A stretch of 32,000 nt of DNA, from positions 99,242-131,241 of the forward strand of contig NZ_JABXKQ010000066.1 in the NCBI RefSeq assembly GCF_017114945.1, read 5' to 3'. A model generated the notes under the pieces. It searched no databases, was not told where the DNA came from, and saw only the letters and a program-made list of their open reading frames with translations. Positions 8,159-16,549 of the stretch are shown one piece after another (position 1 is the first letter of the stretch; every line of letters begins with the position of its first letter). The DNA is from Nostoc sp. JL34. GTDB lineage: Bacteria > Cyanobacteriota > Cyanobacteriia > Cyanobacteriales > Nostocaceae. Both the position numbers and the translations under genes were made by a program.

Positions 8159-9550
8159 CTAACTATCTATACACACAGAAGTAAGTTTGCTATAAAATTC
8201 AGTCTTGGTATAGATGCTGATTATACTATCACCAACTGCAAAAAAAGTACCTTCTTGCTCATATTTAGAAAATTGCAAATTAGGGTATTTAGCAGCAGCT
8301 TCATCAGCACTCATGGCTTTTGCTTCAATTTTATTTGGCAATAGTCCAGTAGAACCAATGTAAAATACCAAGGGAGAGATTTTATCTTGGTAGATATTTT
8401 CTACATATTGTTCTAGCTTTTTATTAGCCGCTGTTAAAGCTGTAACCATTTCTTCTTTACTAATCTGCTTACCAGCTTGTTTATCCGGCAATAACTGCGC
8501 CAAACTATCAGCACCAACTTTCTTAAGAATACGTCCAACAATACCATTTTGCTCAAGTCCAAGAAAATCATCAAAAATTGGTTTCATCAACTCGTCAACT
8601 TTTGTAATCTTGGTGCGTGATGACAATAACCTCTGCCTAACTGCAAGATTCTGATTAAATGCCATCTCAAAACTCGGCTTCATGATAATTTCTCCAGTTT
8701 CTTTGTCATAAAGACGATAGATTCTATTGAGAAACCTGTTAGCAGAAGGGAACTTATTCAGGTTCAGGATATCTTGACTGCCGATATCAATTTTATAGCT
8801 AAATCTTGAGTCAATAGTTCCATTAACTAAAGCTTCGTTGATATCAGCATATTCGTTAGTTGTCGGAAAGTTAATGTAAATATTCTTGGACAGATAGTGC
8901 TTTTTAAACTCATCTAACTGCGCCTCGATAAATACATCTGACTCCTTTTTCAAGTGAGCGCAAATAATACTAGTCAGTACTTTAATTTCTGCTAATTCAT
9001 TGAATAGTCCATCAATACTACTGTAACGACTATTAGCACCTACAAGCGGCAAGTTATCTAACTGAATGGTATATTCAGCCCTGAAGTCAAATTCTTCTGT
9101 ATCCAGAATGCCTTTTACTTTTAGTAAGTCAAAGACTTTTTTACTGCTGATTTTTACTTGTAAGGACTTCACATTTATTTTTCCGTCACTTACAAGCGTG
9201 TAATTATTAAAGGTGTTGAGGTCATTTACTAGCAAACCTGCTACCTCAAGAGTGGGAGTTTGGTCTTCAAATTTGGCAAGTTTGACTTTCCGTTTAACAA
9301 GCATGTTGATAGTAGCAGTATTGCGGTTAAACTGAAACTCACCCATACCAACATATTCAGCATTATCGATATATTCTGTTCGCAACCAAGGTTGGAGCAG
9401 TTCTCCATTTTCGTTTCTAACACCTCTAACACGCTTGATACCTGTTCTTTGATAATGCTCTTGCAGGTGCTTGATATTGACAATAATATTGTGGCGATAT
9501 TGGGCAAAAATTTGGATTAGTTCTACTAGAGAAATTTTCTGATTCGTCAT
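8159..9550 (-). CDS. Hypothetical protein, no recognisable domain (orphan, moderately AT-rich)
   Basis: Long uninterrupted ORF. I prefer the ATG at 9550 (MTNQKISLVELIQ...) preceded by GGAAGA over the TTG at 9604 used by the track. No Walker, nuclease or TM motif is recognisable by eye. It has its own terminator. Confidence 0.6.
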   Translation of the reverse strand: MTNQKISLVELIQIFAQYRHNIIVNIKHLQEHYQRTGIKRVRGVRNENGELLQPWLRTEYIDNAEYVGMGEFQFNRNTATINMLVKRKVKLAKFEDQTPTLEVAGLLVNDLNTFNNYTLVSDGKINVKSLQVKISSKKVFDLLKVKGILDTEEFDFRAEYTIQLDNLPLVGANSRYSSIDGLFNELAEIKVLTSIICAHLKKESDVFIEAQLDEFKKHYLSKNIYINFPTTNEYADINEALVNGTIDSRFSYKIDIGSQDILNLNKFPSANRFLNRIYRLYDKETGEIIMKPSFEMAFNQNLAVRQRLLSSRTKITKVDELMKPIFDDFLGLEQNGIVGRILKKVGADSLAQLLPDKQAGKQISKEEMVTALTAANKKLEQYVENIYQDKISPLVFYIGSTGLLPNKIEAKAMSADEAAAKYPNLQFSKYEQEGTFFAVGDSIISIYTKTEFYSKLTSVCIDS

Positions 9551-9942
9551 CTTACTATCTTCCATTTTCAAGCTACGGTTACTGAAGTCTATTCTTCTTC
9601 CCAAATAAGCTGTTATAATCTGCTAAAATTTAAGTACAAAAACACAATAATTTGATGCCAAATAAATGCTAAAATTGGCATATCCTACACAAATATTGTG
9701 CGCTCATAATTAGATCCACGAACTAGCTATTATGGGCGTTCAGTTACTACAAACTTTGAGCATCGCCTGGTAAACTGTGCGTTGCATACTCACCAGATAT
9801 TCTTACTTTTATAGTACAATTGTATCATATAAATGCCAAGTTGTGTAGGCGCAGCCTGTGATAAACATCGCTCTGCAATGAGGTTTTATATCAAGTCCGG
9901 TTAATTACTTATGATTACCGCAAAAGTCAGGAAAACCTCTTT

Positions 9943-9972
9943 CTCCCTGCTCCCTGCCCCCTGCACCCCTGC
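9943..9972. repeat. C-rich CCCTGC-type microsatellite (intergenic)
   Basis: CTCCCTGCTCCCTGCCCCCTGCACCCCTGC. This is the same motif family as the arrays inside smc (39-99) and lysC (21799-21881). Confidence 0.7.
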
Positions 9973-10206
9973 GGTCTAAATGATAAGTCTTTACCCGAAC
10001 ATGATATTATGAGGCTACCGATGATTTATGCCATACTGCGGAATAACGCCAGAATAGATGCTTCCTTACCCTTGCGCCTCTAAGTCAGTTCGGATAAATT
10101 CGTTGTGTTTGCGATAGGAGCAGATACTTGTCTGTGCAAAGATGCTCTATGATTGTGGCGATCGCTTAATAGGTCAAAATCATTACGAGTTATTTTGAGT
10201 CCACAT

Positions 10207-11877
10207 TTAGGCTCCGGGTTTGAAATAATCAAAGAGGCGATCGCCTGAATCGGCGCGAATCAATGCCACAACTACATCTGGTAAGGTGGCTAAACTGGGG
10301 TAAACCAAATAACGTGGTTCCCAACGGGGGCGGAACTTCTCTTTGTAGGCGTGTAATCCCTGGAAATTGTAGAAGCGATTCAAATGCCCGTAAAGATAGT
10401 GCAATACTTTCTCCAAGCGGCGCGATTCTGGGTTATCTCCAACTCCCGCAAGGGCAGAAAGACCGAAATTAAAGCTGTCGTAACCACAATCTTTAAAATG
10501 TTGCAGCAGGGAAATAAATAGAAAGTCCATTGTGCCATTTTCAAGAGACGGGCGGTGTCGCATCATGTCAATAGTGGCTTCGTTGAGTTGGTACTCCCGG
10601 AGAATGTTGGCAAAGGCGCTAATCTCACCTTCAGGATTATGCACCACAGCAATCTCGCACTCTCGCAGGTAAGCTTCGTCAAACCAACCCAAAGAAAAGT
10701 GTTTTTCCGAACCTTGTACCATTTTCAGCCATTCATCACTCACAGGTTTGAGGAGGTGCAATAAATTATTGGCTATCGGTGGTTGGTAAAATTCGATTCG
10801 GTATCCTAGCTTAGTTAAACGACTGATTGATGGTCTAAAGTTTTTACCGGCTTTTCCTTGTAAGGTAAAACTCTTCAGGTCAACGATCGCTTCTTCTCCA
10901 ATCTTGAGTACCTTAAACCCTAATGACTTGTAAAGCTGAACATCATCGGGCATAGTTTGGTAAAAGCCAGGATACCAGTCATTGCGCTGGCAAAACTGCC
11001 AGAAAGCAATAATTGTCTCTTTGCGGTCTTCAATGGGGCCTATGGGGTCTCCTAATGCGATCGCACCCCGTCCCTTAGGAACATAAGCAATTACACTATT
11101 ACCCGAAGGACTGAAATAATAACTTTTATCATTTAAAAGCGTCAACGCTGCTAAAGAAGAATATCCATATTGCTCGACAATTTCTTTTGCTCTTTGCCGC
11201 TCATTTAGAGTTGCTAGATTTCGCCAAAACACAGGTTGCAATAGCATTACTATTGCATAAGTAATAGTGACTGCGGCAATAATATAGATAGAATTAGCAA
11301 AAAATTCTCCAAATCGGCTTTTTGGTTGCAGTCCCCAATTATCCTCAGTGAAGAACATCGATAAAGTCTGAAGTACAGCTTCACGCCAATTAAAGTTTTC
11401 TGAAAACTTGCCGTCTAACAAGTAAAATCCAATAGTTCCGTATGCCAGCGTAAATAATAAAGCGCTGATCAGCACTCGAACTCCCCGTGCAATCGAAGGA
11501 CGGTCTGATTGCGCCGTGAAAAAAGGGCGCATCAAGATTAATTGCACTAGTAAAACTCCAGAGAGTAGACTTTCTTCATAGTCAAGTCCCTTCAGCAAGT
11601 GGCTGAAAATGGAAATCACTAGTAAAGCAATGGTAAGTAACCAGGCTATTCTTTTTCGGCGTAATAAATTAGTAGCAACTGTTAGTAAAACAAACCCAGT
11701 CAACGCTGAAAATATATGACCACTGGCACGAATTTCAAATGGTAAAAGTTCCTTTAACCAGTGATTTCGCTCATATAAGTTAGGTGTCACTGCTGACAAC
11801 AAATTTACTACTCCGACTAAACCTGTTAGGAAAGTTGCACTCCAAAGTCCAATCTGAGTTTTTAAATTATTAGTCAT
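10207..11877 (-). CDS. mprF: Aminoacyl-phosphatidylglycerol synthase (MprF C-terminal TM + DUF2156 synthase domain)
   Basis: About 6 N-terminal TM helices, then a soluble domain ending HAYKEKFRPRWEPRYLVYP. That ending matches the conserved MprF/LysPG-synthase C-terminal signature as I recall it. Confidence 0.75.
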   Translation of the reverse strand: MTNNLKTQIGLWSATFLTGLVGVVNLLSAVTPNLYERNHWLKELLPFEIRASGHIFSALTGFVLLTVATNLLRRKRIAWLLTIALLVISIFSHLLKGLDYEESLLSGVLLVQLILMRPFFTAQSDRPSIARGVRVLISALLFTLAYGTIGFYLLDGKFSENFNWREAVLQTLSMFFTEDNWGLQPKSRFGEFFANSIYIIAAVTITYAIVMLLQPVFWRNLATLNERQRAKEIVEQYGYSSLAALTLLNDKSYYFSPSGNSVIAYVPKGRGAIALGDPIGPIEDRKETIIAFWQFCQRNDWYPGFYQTMPDDVQLYKSLGFKVLKIGEEAIVDLKSFTLQGKAGKNFRPSISRLTKLGYRIEFYQPPIANNLLHLLKPVSDEWLKMVQGSEKHFSLGWFDEAYLRECEIAVVHNPEGEISAFANILREYQLNEATIDMMRHRPSLENGTMDFLFISLLQHFKDCGYDSFNFGLSALAGVGDNPESRRLEKVLHYLYGHLNRFYNFQGLHAYKEKFRPRWEPRYLVYPSLATLPDVVVALIRADSGDRLFDYFKPGA

Positions 11878-12087
11878 TAGTCTAATAGTATTAATTAGAA
11901 GGAAATAAGTTATAAGTTAGGAGTTTTGGCTCTAGCAATCTTTTTATGGACTAACGGAATAAACAAACTAGGCTTATAGGCTGTGTTACCTTATACAGAT
12001 GAAGTTTTAATATTTAGAATTTTATCTATAATACCTTAATTTTAATCCTGTAACACCAGGGCAGCGTAGAACCTGAATTTTAAAATT

Positions 12088-12990
12088 TTAACTCTTGACT
12101 TTTTTAAACTGTTCACCTACATAGGAGAGCGAATCTTTGAGATGTTTGTGAAAGTAGTTCCAGCCTACATTTGCACCAGACAAACCATGACCTCCAGGAA
12201 ATGCATAAAATACGTGAGCAATGCCTAATTTATTTAAGGTTTCGTTGAAGGCTTTAGTAGAAGCCAGCAAATTAGTATCGTTCAGACCTGCATCCAGGTA
12301 AACACGCAATCGCTTCCTATCTTCAACTGGTAGCTGTTGCACAATTTCTTGGGGACTATTTTGGGAACCGCTGCTATCAGTAAAGTAACCGCTATGGCTA
12401 AACAAAATCTGGAAGTTGTTGAGATAGCGTAACCCAATATTAAAAGCCCCCCATCCACCAGAAGACAGACCTCCTAGCGCCCAAAACTGAGGTTCTTCTA
12501 AAGTGCGGTAGCGCGACTTGACAACTTGTACTAATTCTGAGCCAATTAAAGTCCCTACTTTGCCATTTGGCCCATCAAAATAATTGGGGTCGTATAAAGG
12601 ACTGGAACCGCGATTATCATTACCATCAGGTGTAATCACAATCGATGGCGGTAATTTTCCACTTTGATAAAGTTCATGCAGTACGTCTAAGACTGCATAT
12701 TTATCAGCATAAGCACGGGCATCATCATGACCACCGTGTAGCAAGAATATCACGGGGTAGCGCTTTTGCGGATTTTTGTTATAACTAGGGGGCAAAATCA
12801 CACCGTAGTTACGGACTGCACCCATTGCTTGGGAGTTGAAGCTTGCTAATTGAAACTTTAGCCCAGTATTTGCCTTTTTGTGGGGTGGGTCTAGTTGTGG
12901 CGCACCTAAGATGAATACATAATAATAACCAGCGGTAGTGAGAAGTGCGATCGCTCCCACCAAGCTAATTAAAAGTTTAGAAATCTTCAT
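12088..12990 (-). CDS. Membrane-anchored alpha/beta-hydrolase, putative-esterase (esterase D / Ag85-like) family, paralogue 1
   Basis: N-terminal TM anchor, YPVIFLLHGGH oxyanion block and nucleophile elbow GGLSSGGWGA. Collinear with the neighbouring gene (LPPSIVITPDGNDNRGSSP, ILFSHSGYF). Confidence 0.75.
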   Translation of the reverse strand: MKISKLLISLVGAIALLTTAGYYYVFILGAPQLDPPHKKANTGLKFQLASFNSQAMGAVRNYGVILPPSYNKNPQKRYPVIFLLHGGHDDARAYADKYAVLDVLHELYQSGKLPPSIVITPDGNDNRGSSPLYDPNYFDGPNGKVGTLIGSELVQVVKSRYRTLEEPQFWALGGLSSGGWGAFNIGLRYLNNFQILFSHSGYFTDSSGSQNSPQEIVQQLPVEDRKRLRVYLDAGLNDTNLLASTKAFNETLNKLGIAHVFYAFPGGHGLSGANVGWNYFHKHLKDSLSYVGEQFKKVKS

Positions 12991-13122
12991 ATTATTTTAG
13001 CATTAAAAAAATCACCTCCATCAGAACTTAATATAGTTAATCTGCTGACAAATGGCAGCAGGGTTTTCCACATTGACGTTTAAATATCAGCAGTTTTGCA
13101 AAATAAGATTATTTTTTCACTG

Positions 13123-14100
13123 CTAATTTTTTTGAGTATTTTTATTCTGATTAATACCTAAATTACTAGCCCTGTGTGCTATTTCAGCAGATCGGAATTG
13201 CTCACCGACAAAAGTCAATGAATCTGCTAAATGTTCCCGCCAGTATTGCCAAGTGTGACTGCCAGGAAACTGACGAAATAAATTATAAATTTTGAGTTTG
13301 TTTAGTACTTGAGTAAATTGTTCAGCTTGGTGAATTTCTTCAATATCTGATGTACCCGAATCCAGGTAAATTTTCAACTTTTTTTGAGATTGTTGGGGAA
13401 CGGTTTTAATATAAGTTATTGGGCTATTTATGGGGCCGCTTTTATCATGAAAATAACCACTATGACTAAATAAAATCGAGAAATGATTCGGGTTGTGTAA
13501 TCCCACATTCATTGCTCCCCAACCACCAGAAGATAAACCACCTATTGCCCAAAAATCTGGATTAGTTCGGGTACGATAACGGCTTTGTACAACTTTTACT
13601 AACTCATCTCCCACGGCTGTGGAGACTTTACCGTTTGGGCCATCGATATATTCAGGATCTCGGTAGGGACTAGAGCCACGTTTGTCGTTGCCATCTGGTG
13701 TAATGATGATGCTGGGTGGCAACTTACCTGTAATATAAAGTTGTTCCACAGTCTTGAGAGCTTCTCCCTTGTTCTGAATCAGCCAATCAGTGGGGTTCCC
13801 ATGTCCACCGTGGAGGAGAAAGATTACAGGATAACTTTGTTTTGGATTTTGCTCATAGCCAGGAGGTAAAGAAACACCGTAAGTGCGACTTGCGCCCATC
13901 ACTTGACTATGGTAGGTTTCAATTTTGTAGGTTAGGAGAGGAGCAGATTTGCTAGTATTACGCTGGGTTGGAAGAACGGAAGGCGTTGTTTGTAAATTCT
14001 GCTGTTGCGGTGGTTTTGCTACCACACTTTGGGATAAATTACAGCCAACTAGGGATAATACTGATAATAGCAATAGAATTTCCGATAGTTTGTAGTTCAT
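13123..14100 (-). CDS. Lipoprotein alpha/beta-hydrolase, putative-esterase family, paralogue 2
   Basis: Signal peptide with lipobox LSLVGC. Same blocks as paralogue 1: YPVIFLLHGGH, LPPSIIITPDGNDKRGSSP, GGLSSGGWGA, ILFSHSGYF. Confidence 0.75.
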   Translation of the reverse strand: MNYKLSEILLLLSVLSLVGCNLSQSVVAKPPQQQNLQTTPSVLPTQRNTSKSAPLLTYKIETYHSQVMGASRTYGVSLPPGYEQNPKQSYPVIFLLHGGHGNPTDWLIQNKGEALKTVEQLYITGKLPPSIIITPDGNDKRGSSPYRDPEYIDGPNGKVSTAVGDELVKVVQSRYRTRTNPDFWAIGGLSSGGWGAMNVGLHNPNHFSILFSHSGYFHDKSGPINSPITYIKTVPQQSQKKLKIYLDSGTSDIEEIHQAEQFTQVLNKLKIYNLFRQFPGSHTWQYWREHLADSLTFVGEQFRSAEIAHRASNLGINQNKNTQKN

Positions 14101-14239
14101 CTTTGAAGACTAATTATAAACTTACTTTTTAACCAATTGGCGATCGCGTGATTAACCAACTCTGCCATTACCATTTGTCAATGCTGTGTCAAGGTGATGG
14201 AAAGTTTGCGACTGGTTGTCAAGTCAAAAGGACTTTTAA

Positions 14240-15181
14240 ATGCTTGAAAAGCTGCGACTCAATATCAGCACACTGTTTGGCTTGCTGCTGCTGGTACTTT
14301 CTTTGTGGGCGATCGCTAGCGAATTGCGTGCGTATAATTATCGTGATATCCTCAACTCTCTAGCTGCTATTCCCAAAAGTCGCTTAAGTTGGGCAATTTG
14401 GCTGACAGCTTTGGGCTATCTGGTGATGATTGGGTACGATATCTTAGGTTTTAACTACATTAATCGTTCCCTAAGCTGGAATAAGATAGCTTTCACTAAC
14501 TTTATTAGCTCTGCATTTAGCAATACTATAGGTTTTGCCTTGCTAACTGGCAGTGCTATCCGTTATCGATTTTATGCTAATTGGGGAGTGTCAGCAGTTG
14601 CGATCGCTCAAGTAATTGCCTTCGCCAATTTTACCTTTTGGTTGGGGATGTTTGCCGTTGCCGGTTTATTGTTCCTCATCAATCCCCTCAAAATTCCCAC
14701 TCAACTACATTTACCTTTTGCTACTGTGCGCCCCATCGGCGTAATTTTTCTGCTATTGGTTGCGGTTTATTTACTAGGAAGTATTCTTCTTAAACAACCA
14801 TTAATAATTCGTGGGCATGAATTTCGATTTCCTTCTTTTAAAATCTCCCTGGCTCAAATAGCAATTTCTAGTTTTGACTGGATTCTTGCGGCGGCGGTTC
14901 TTTATGCTTTACTTCCTAGCAATATATCTTTGTCATATCTAGACTTTTTGGGAATTTATTTACTAGCGATGTTTGCAGGTGTGGTTAGTAATGTCCCCGG
15001 TGGTTTGGGAGTATTTGAAACTATAATTTTGCTGATTCTCTCCTCAAAAGTTTCGGCGGCGGCAGTTTTGGGTTCAATGTTAGCTTATCGGGGAATCTAT
15101 TATTTCTTACCTTTGCTAGTAGCGACAGGTTTGCTAGGACTTTATGAAATTCGATTTAGAGCAGGGAACTTACAAAAATGA
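14240..15181 (+). CDS. Lysyl-PG-synthase-TM / flippase-type membrane protein (MprF N-terminal domain as a separate gene)
   Basis: 313 aa with about 8 TM helices. The FSNTIGFALLTGSAIRYRFY block is typical of the MprF N-terminal (UPF0104) domain. Divergent from esterase paralogue 2. Confidence 0.7.
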   Translation: MLEKLRLNISTLFGLLLLVLSLWAIASELRAYNYRDILNSLAAIPKSRLSWAIWLTALGYLVMIGYDILGFNYINRSLSWNKIAFTNFISSAFSNTIGFALLTGSAIRYRFYANWGVSAVAIAQVIAFANFTFWLGMFAVAGLLFLINPLKIPTQLHLPFATVRPIGVIFLLLVAVYLLGSILLKQPLIIRGHEFRFPSFKISLAQIAISSFDWILAAAVLYALLPSNISLSYLDFLGIYLLAMFAGVVSNVPGGLGVFETIILLILSSKVSAAAVLGSMLAYRGIYYFLPLLVATGLLGLYEIRFRAGNLQK

Positions 15182-15461
15182 ATAACCTGTAAAGTCAAGT
15201 TTCAGTATGAATACTAACAGATAGATCCCCGATTTCTTGAAGAAGTTTGGGATCTAATAATTTCAAGTAAGTAAAATCGATAAGTACTGCTAATTTTAAA
15301 GGCGATATCTTCACAACTAGCGGTGAAAAATCATAATTTTTGCTGAGGCGATCGCTAAACAAATCCCACAAAAATAGTAACAAGTTAGTTGCAAATTTTG
15401 AAGTAGATTTCCATAAATCATTATCAAAATTTGGTTTTACTGTTTGTGGAGAGGAATAGTC

Positions 15462-15851
15462 ATGAAAAACAAAGTATTGTTTGGTGCCATATTTATGGCA
15501 ACTTGGGTAGGAACATTAATTCCTAGCGCTTTTGCGGCTTCACCCTGTTCTGTGGGACAAAAGGCTGAAGTTCTTTGGAAGCAAGCATGGTATCCGGCAA
15601 CGGTACTTAAGGTTAATGATGATAAGTGCTATATTACCTACGATGGTTACAGCAGTTCCTGGAATGAATGGGTTGGCGCTACACGCTTTCGGGCATCATT
15701 TGAAGTTGGAGATGCAGTGAGAATTTTGTGGAAGGGAAAATGGTATCAAGGGCAGATTTTAGAACTTAGTAACGATCTTTATAAAATTACTTATGATGGC
15801 TACGATAGCTCTTGGGATGAGTGGGTTGAACCTTCCAGAGTAAGCAGATAG
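15462..15851 (+). CDS. Secreted protein with two tandem Tudor/Agenet-like (SH3-fold) repeats
   Basis: ATG at 15462 preceded by GGAGAGGA. Signal peptide MKNKVLFGAIFMATWVGTLIPSAFA. Two repeats: GQKAEVLWKQAWYPATVLKVNDDKCYITYDGYSSSWNEWV and GDAVRILWKGKWYQGQILELSNDLYKITYDGYDSSWDEWV. Confidence 0.65.
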   Translation: MKNKVLFGAIFMATWVGTLIPSAFAASPCSVGQKAEVLWKQAWYPATVLKVNDDKCYITYDGYSSSWNEWVGATRFRASFEVGDAVRILWKGKWYQGQILELSNDLYKITYDGYDSSWDEWVEPSRVSR

Positions 15852-15875
15852 GGAATATTTCACTTTTATAAGTTT

Positions 15876-15910
15876 AAAGGGACGATTTCACTTGTTGAAG
15901 TCGTCCCTTT
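15876..15910 (+). terminator. Terminator-like hairpin after the Tudor-like gene
   Basis: 10-bp stem AAAGGGACGA / TCGTCCCTTT with a 15-nt loop. The trailing T-run is weak (AAATTT). Confidence 0.45.
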
Positions 15911-15916
15911 AAATTT

Positions 15917-16040
15917 AAAAGGGCGGTTATAAACCGCAGCTACACAGACAAAACCCACCTCCGTGGGTTTCAAACCCTCAATTTTCCTTAGTCCGCAGAG
16001 GCGGACTTTGTTTGTGTAGCCGCGAATTCCATTCGCCTTG
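15917..16040 (+). repeat. Dispersed MITE-like element, copy B
   Basis: AAAAGGGCGGTTATAAACCGCAGCTACAC...TAGTCCGCAGAGGCGGACTTTGTTTGTGTAGCCGCGAATTCCATTCGCC. Same orientation as copy A. It sits directly upstream of the NLR operon. Confidence 0.8.
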
Positions 16041-16092
16041 GCTCTGTTAAACTGAGAACCATAAATAAAATCTCGTATACTTTGGCAAACTT

Positions 16093-16545
16093 ATGGAGCC
16101 AGTATCACTGACAGCCGCTGCGATCGCAACTTTGGTAATCACCAAAGCCTTTGAAAAAACTGGGGAAATCATCGGCGAAAAGGCTTGGAACGAAGGCGAA
16201 AAGTTGTTAGTTCTGCTCAAACGCAAGGAACCTAGCACGGCGAAGGTTATTGAACAGGCTAAAACACAACCTTTAGATTATGGTCAAGCTTATCTCATTG
16301 GGCAGCAGGTAGAGGAAGCGGCGAAGAAAGATCCTGAGATTGCTCAAGCTGTGGAAGCTGTAGCCAATGAAGCACAAACGCAGATTAATCAAATAGTTAT
16401 AAAAGGAATTCTGGTAAAAGGTAAAGCTAAAGTCGGTAATATAAATTTGTCAGCCACAAGAGACGGTTCAGTGAATCAAGAAGCGGTGGTTGATTCTCAA
16501 TTTGGCGGCGATCTTGATCTTGGTAATGTGGACATGAAAGTCTAA
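16093..16545 (+). CDS. Small all-helical protein with hydrophobic N-terminal helix and C-terminal NLR-matching motif (Bell-domain-like effector candidate)
   Basis: 150 aa. N-terminus MEPVSLTAAAIATLVITKAF, about 100 aa helix-prone, Gly/Asn/Gln-rich tail ending SQFGGDLDLGNVDMKV. The stop codon is 4 nt from the NLR start codon. Confidence 0.6.
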   Translation: MEPVSLTAAAIATLVITKAFEKTGEIIGEKAWNEGEKLLVLLKRKEPSTAKVIEQAKTQPLDYGQAYLIGQQVEEAAKKDPEIAQAVEAVANEAQTQINQIVIKGILVKGKAKVGNINLSATRDGSVNQEAVVDSQFGGDLDLGNVDMKV

Positions 16546-16549
16546 AATC

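Noticed and set aside
14148-14363. 71-aa Cys-rich ORF overlapping the flippase gene start
   Set aside because: It overlaps the 5' end of the 313-aa membrane protein in another frame. The GTG start sits in a HIP1 site. There is no independent support.
15195-15383. 62-aa minus-strand ORF between the flippase and Tudor-like genes, and a 7-bp hairpin at 15223-15255
   Set aside because: The ORF has no RBS or recognisable features and uses a non-ATG start. The hairpin has a 19-nt loop and no T-run, so it is too weak to call a terminator.
16047-16238. 63-aa minus-strand ORF overlapping the start of the Bell-like gene
   Set aside because: It is antisense to the 150-aa ORF, which is supported by translational coupling to the NLR and the shared motif. 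It begins inside the repeat element.
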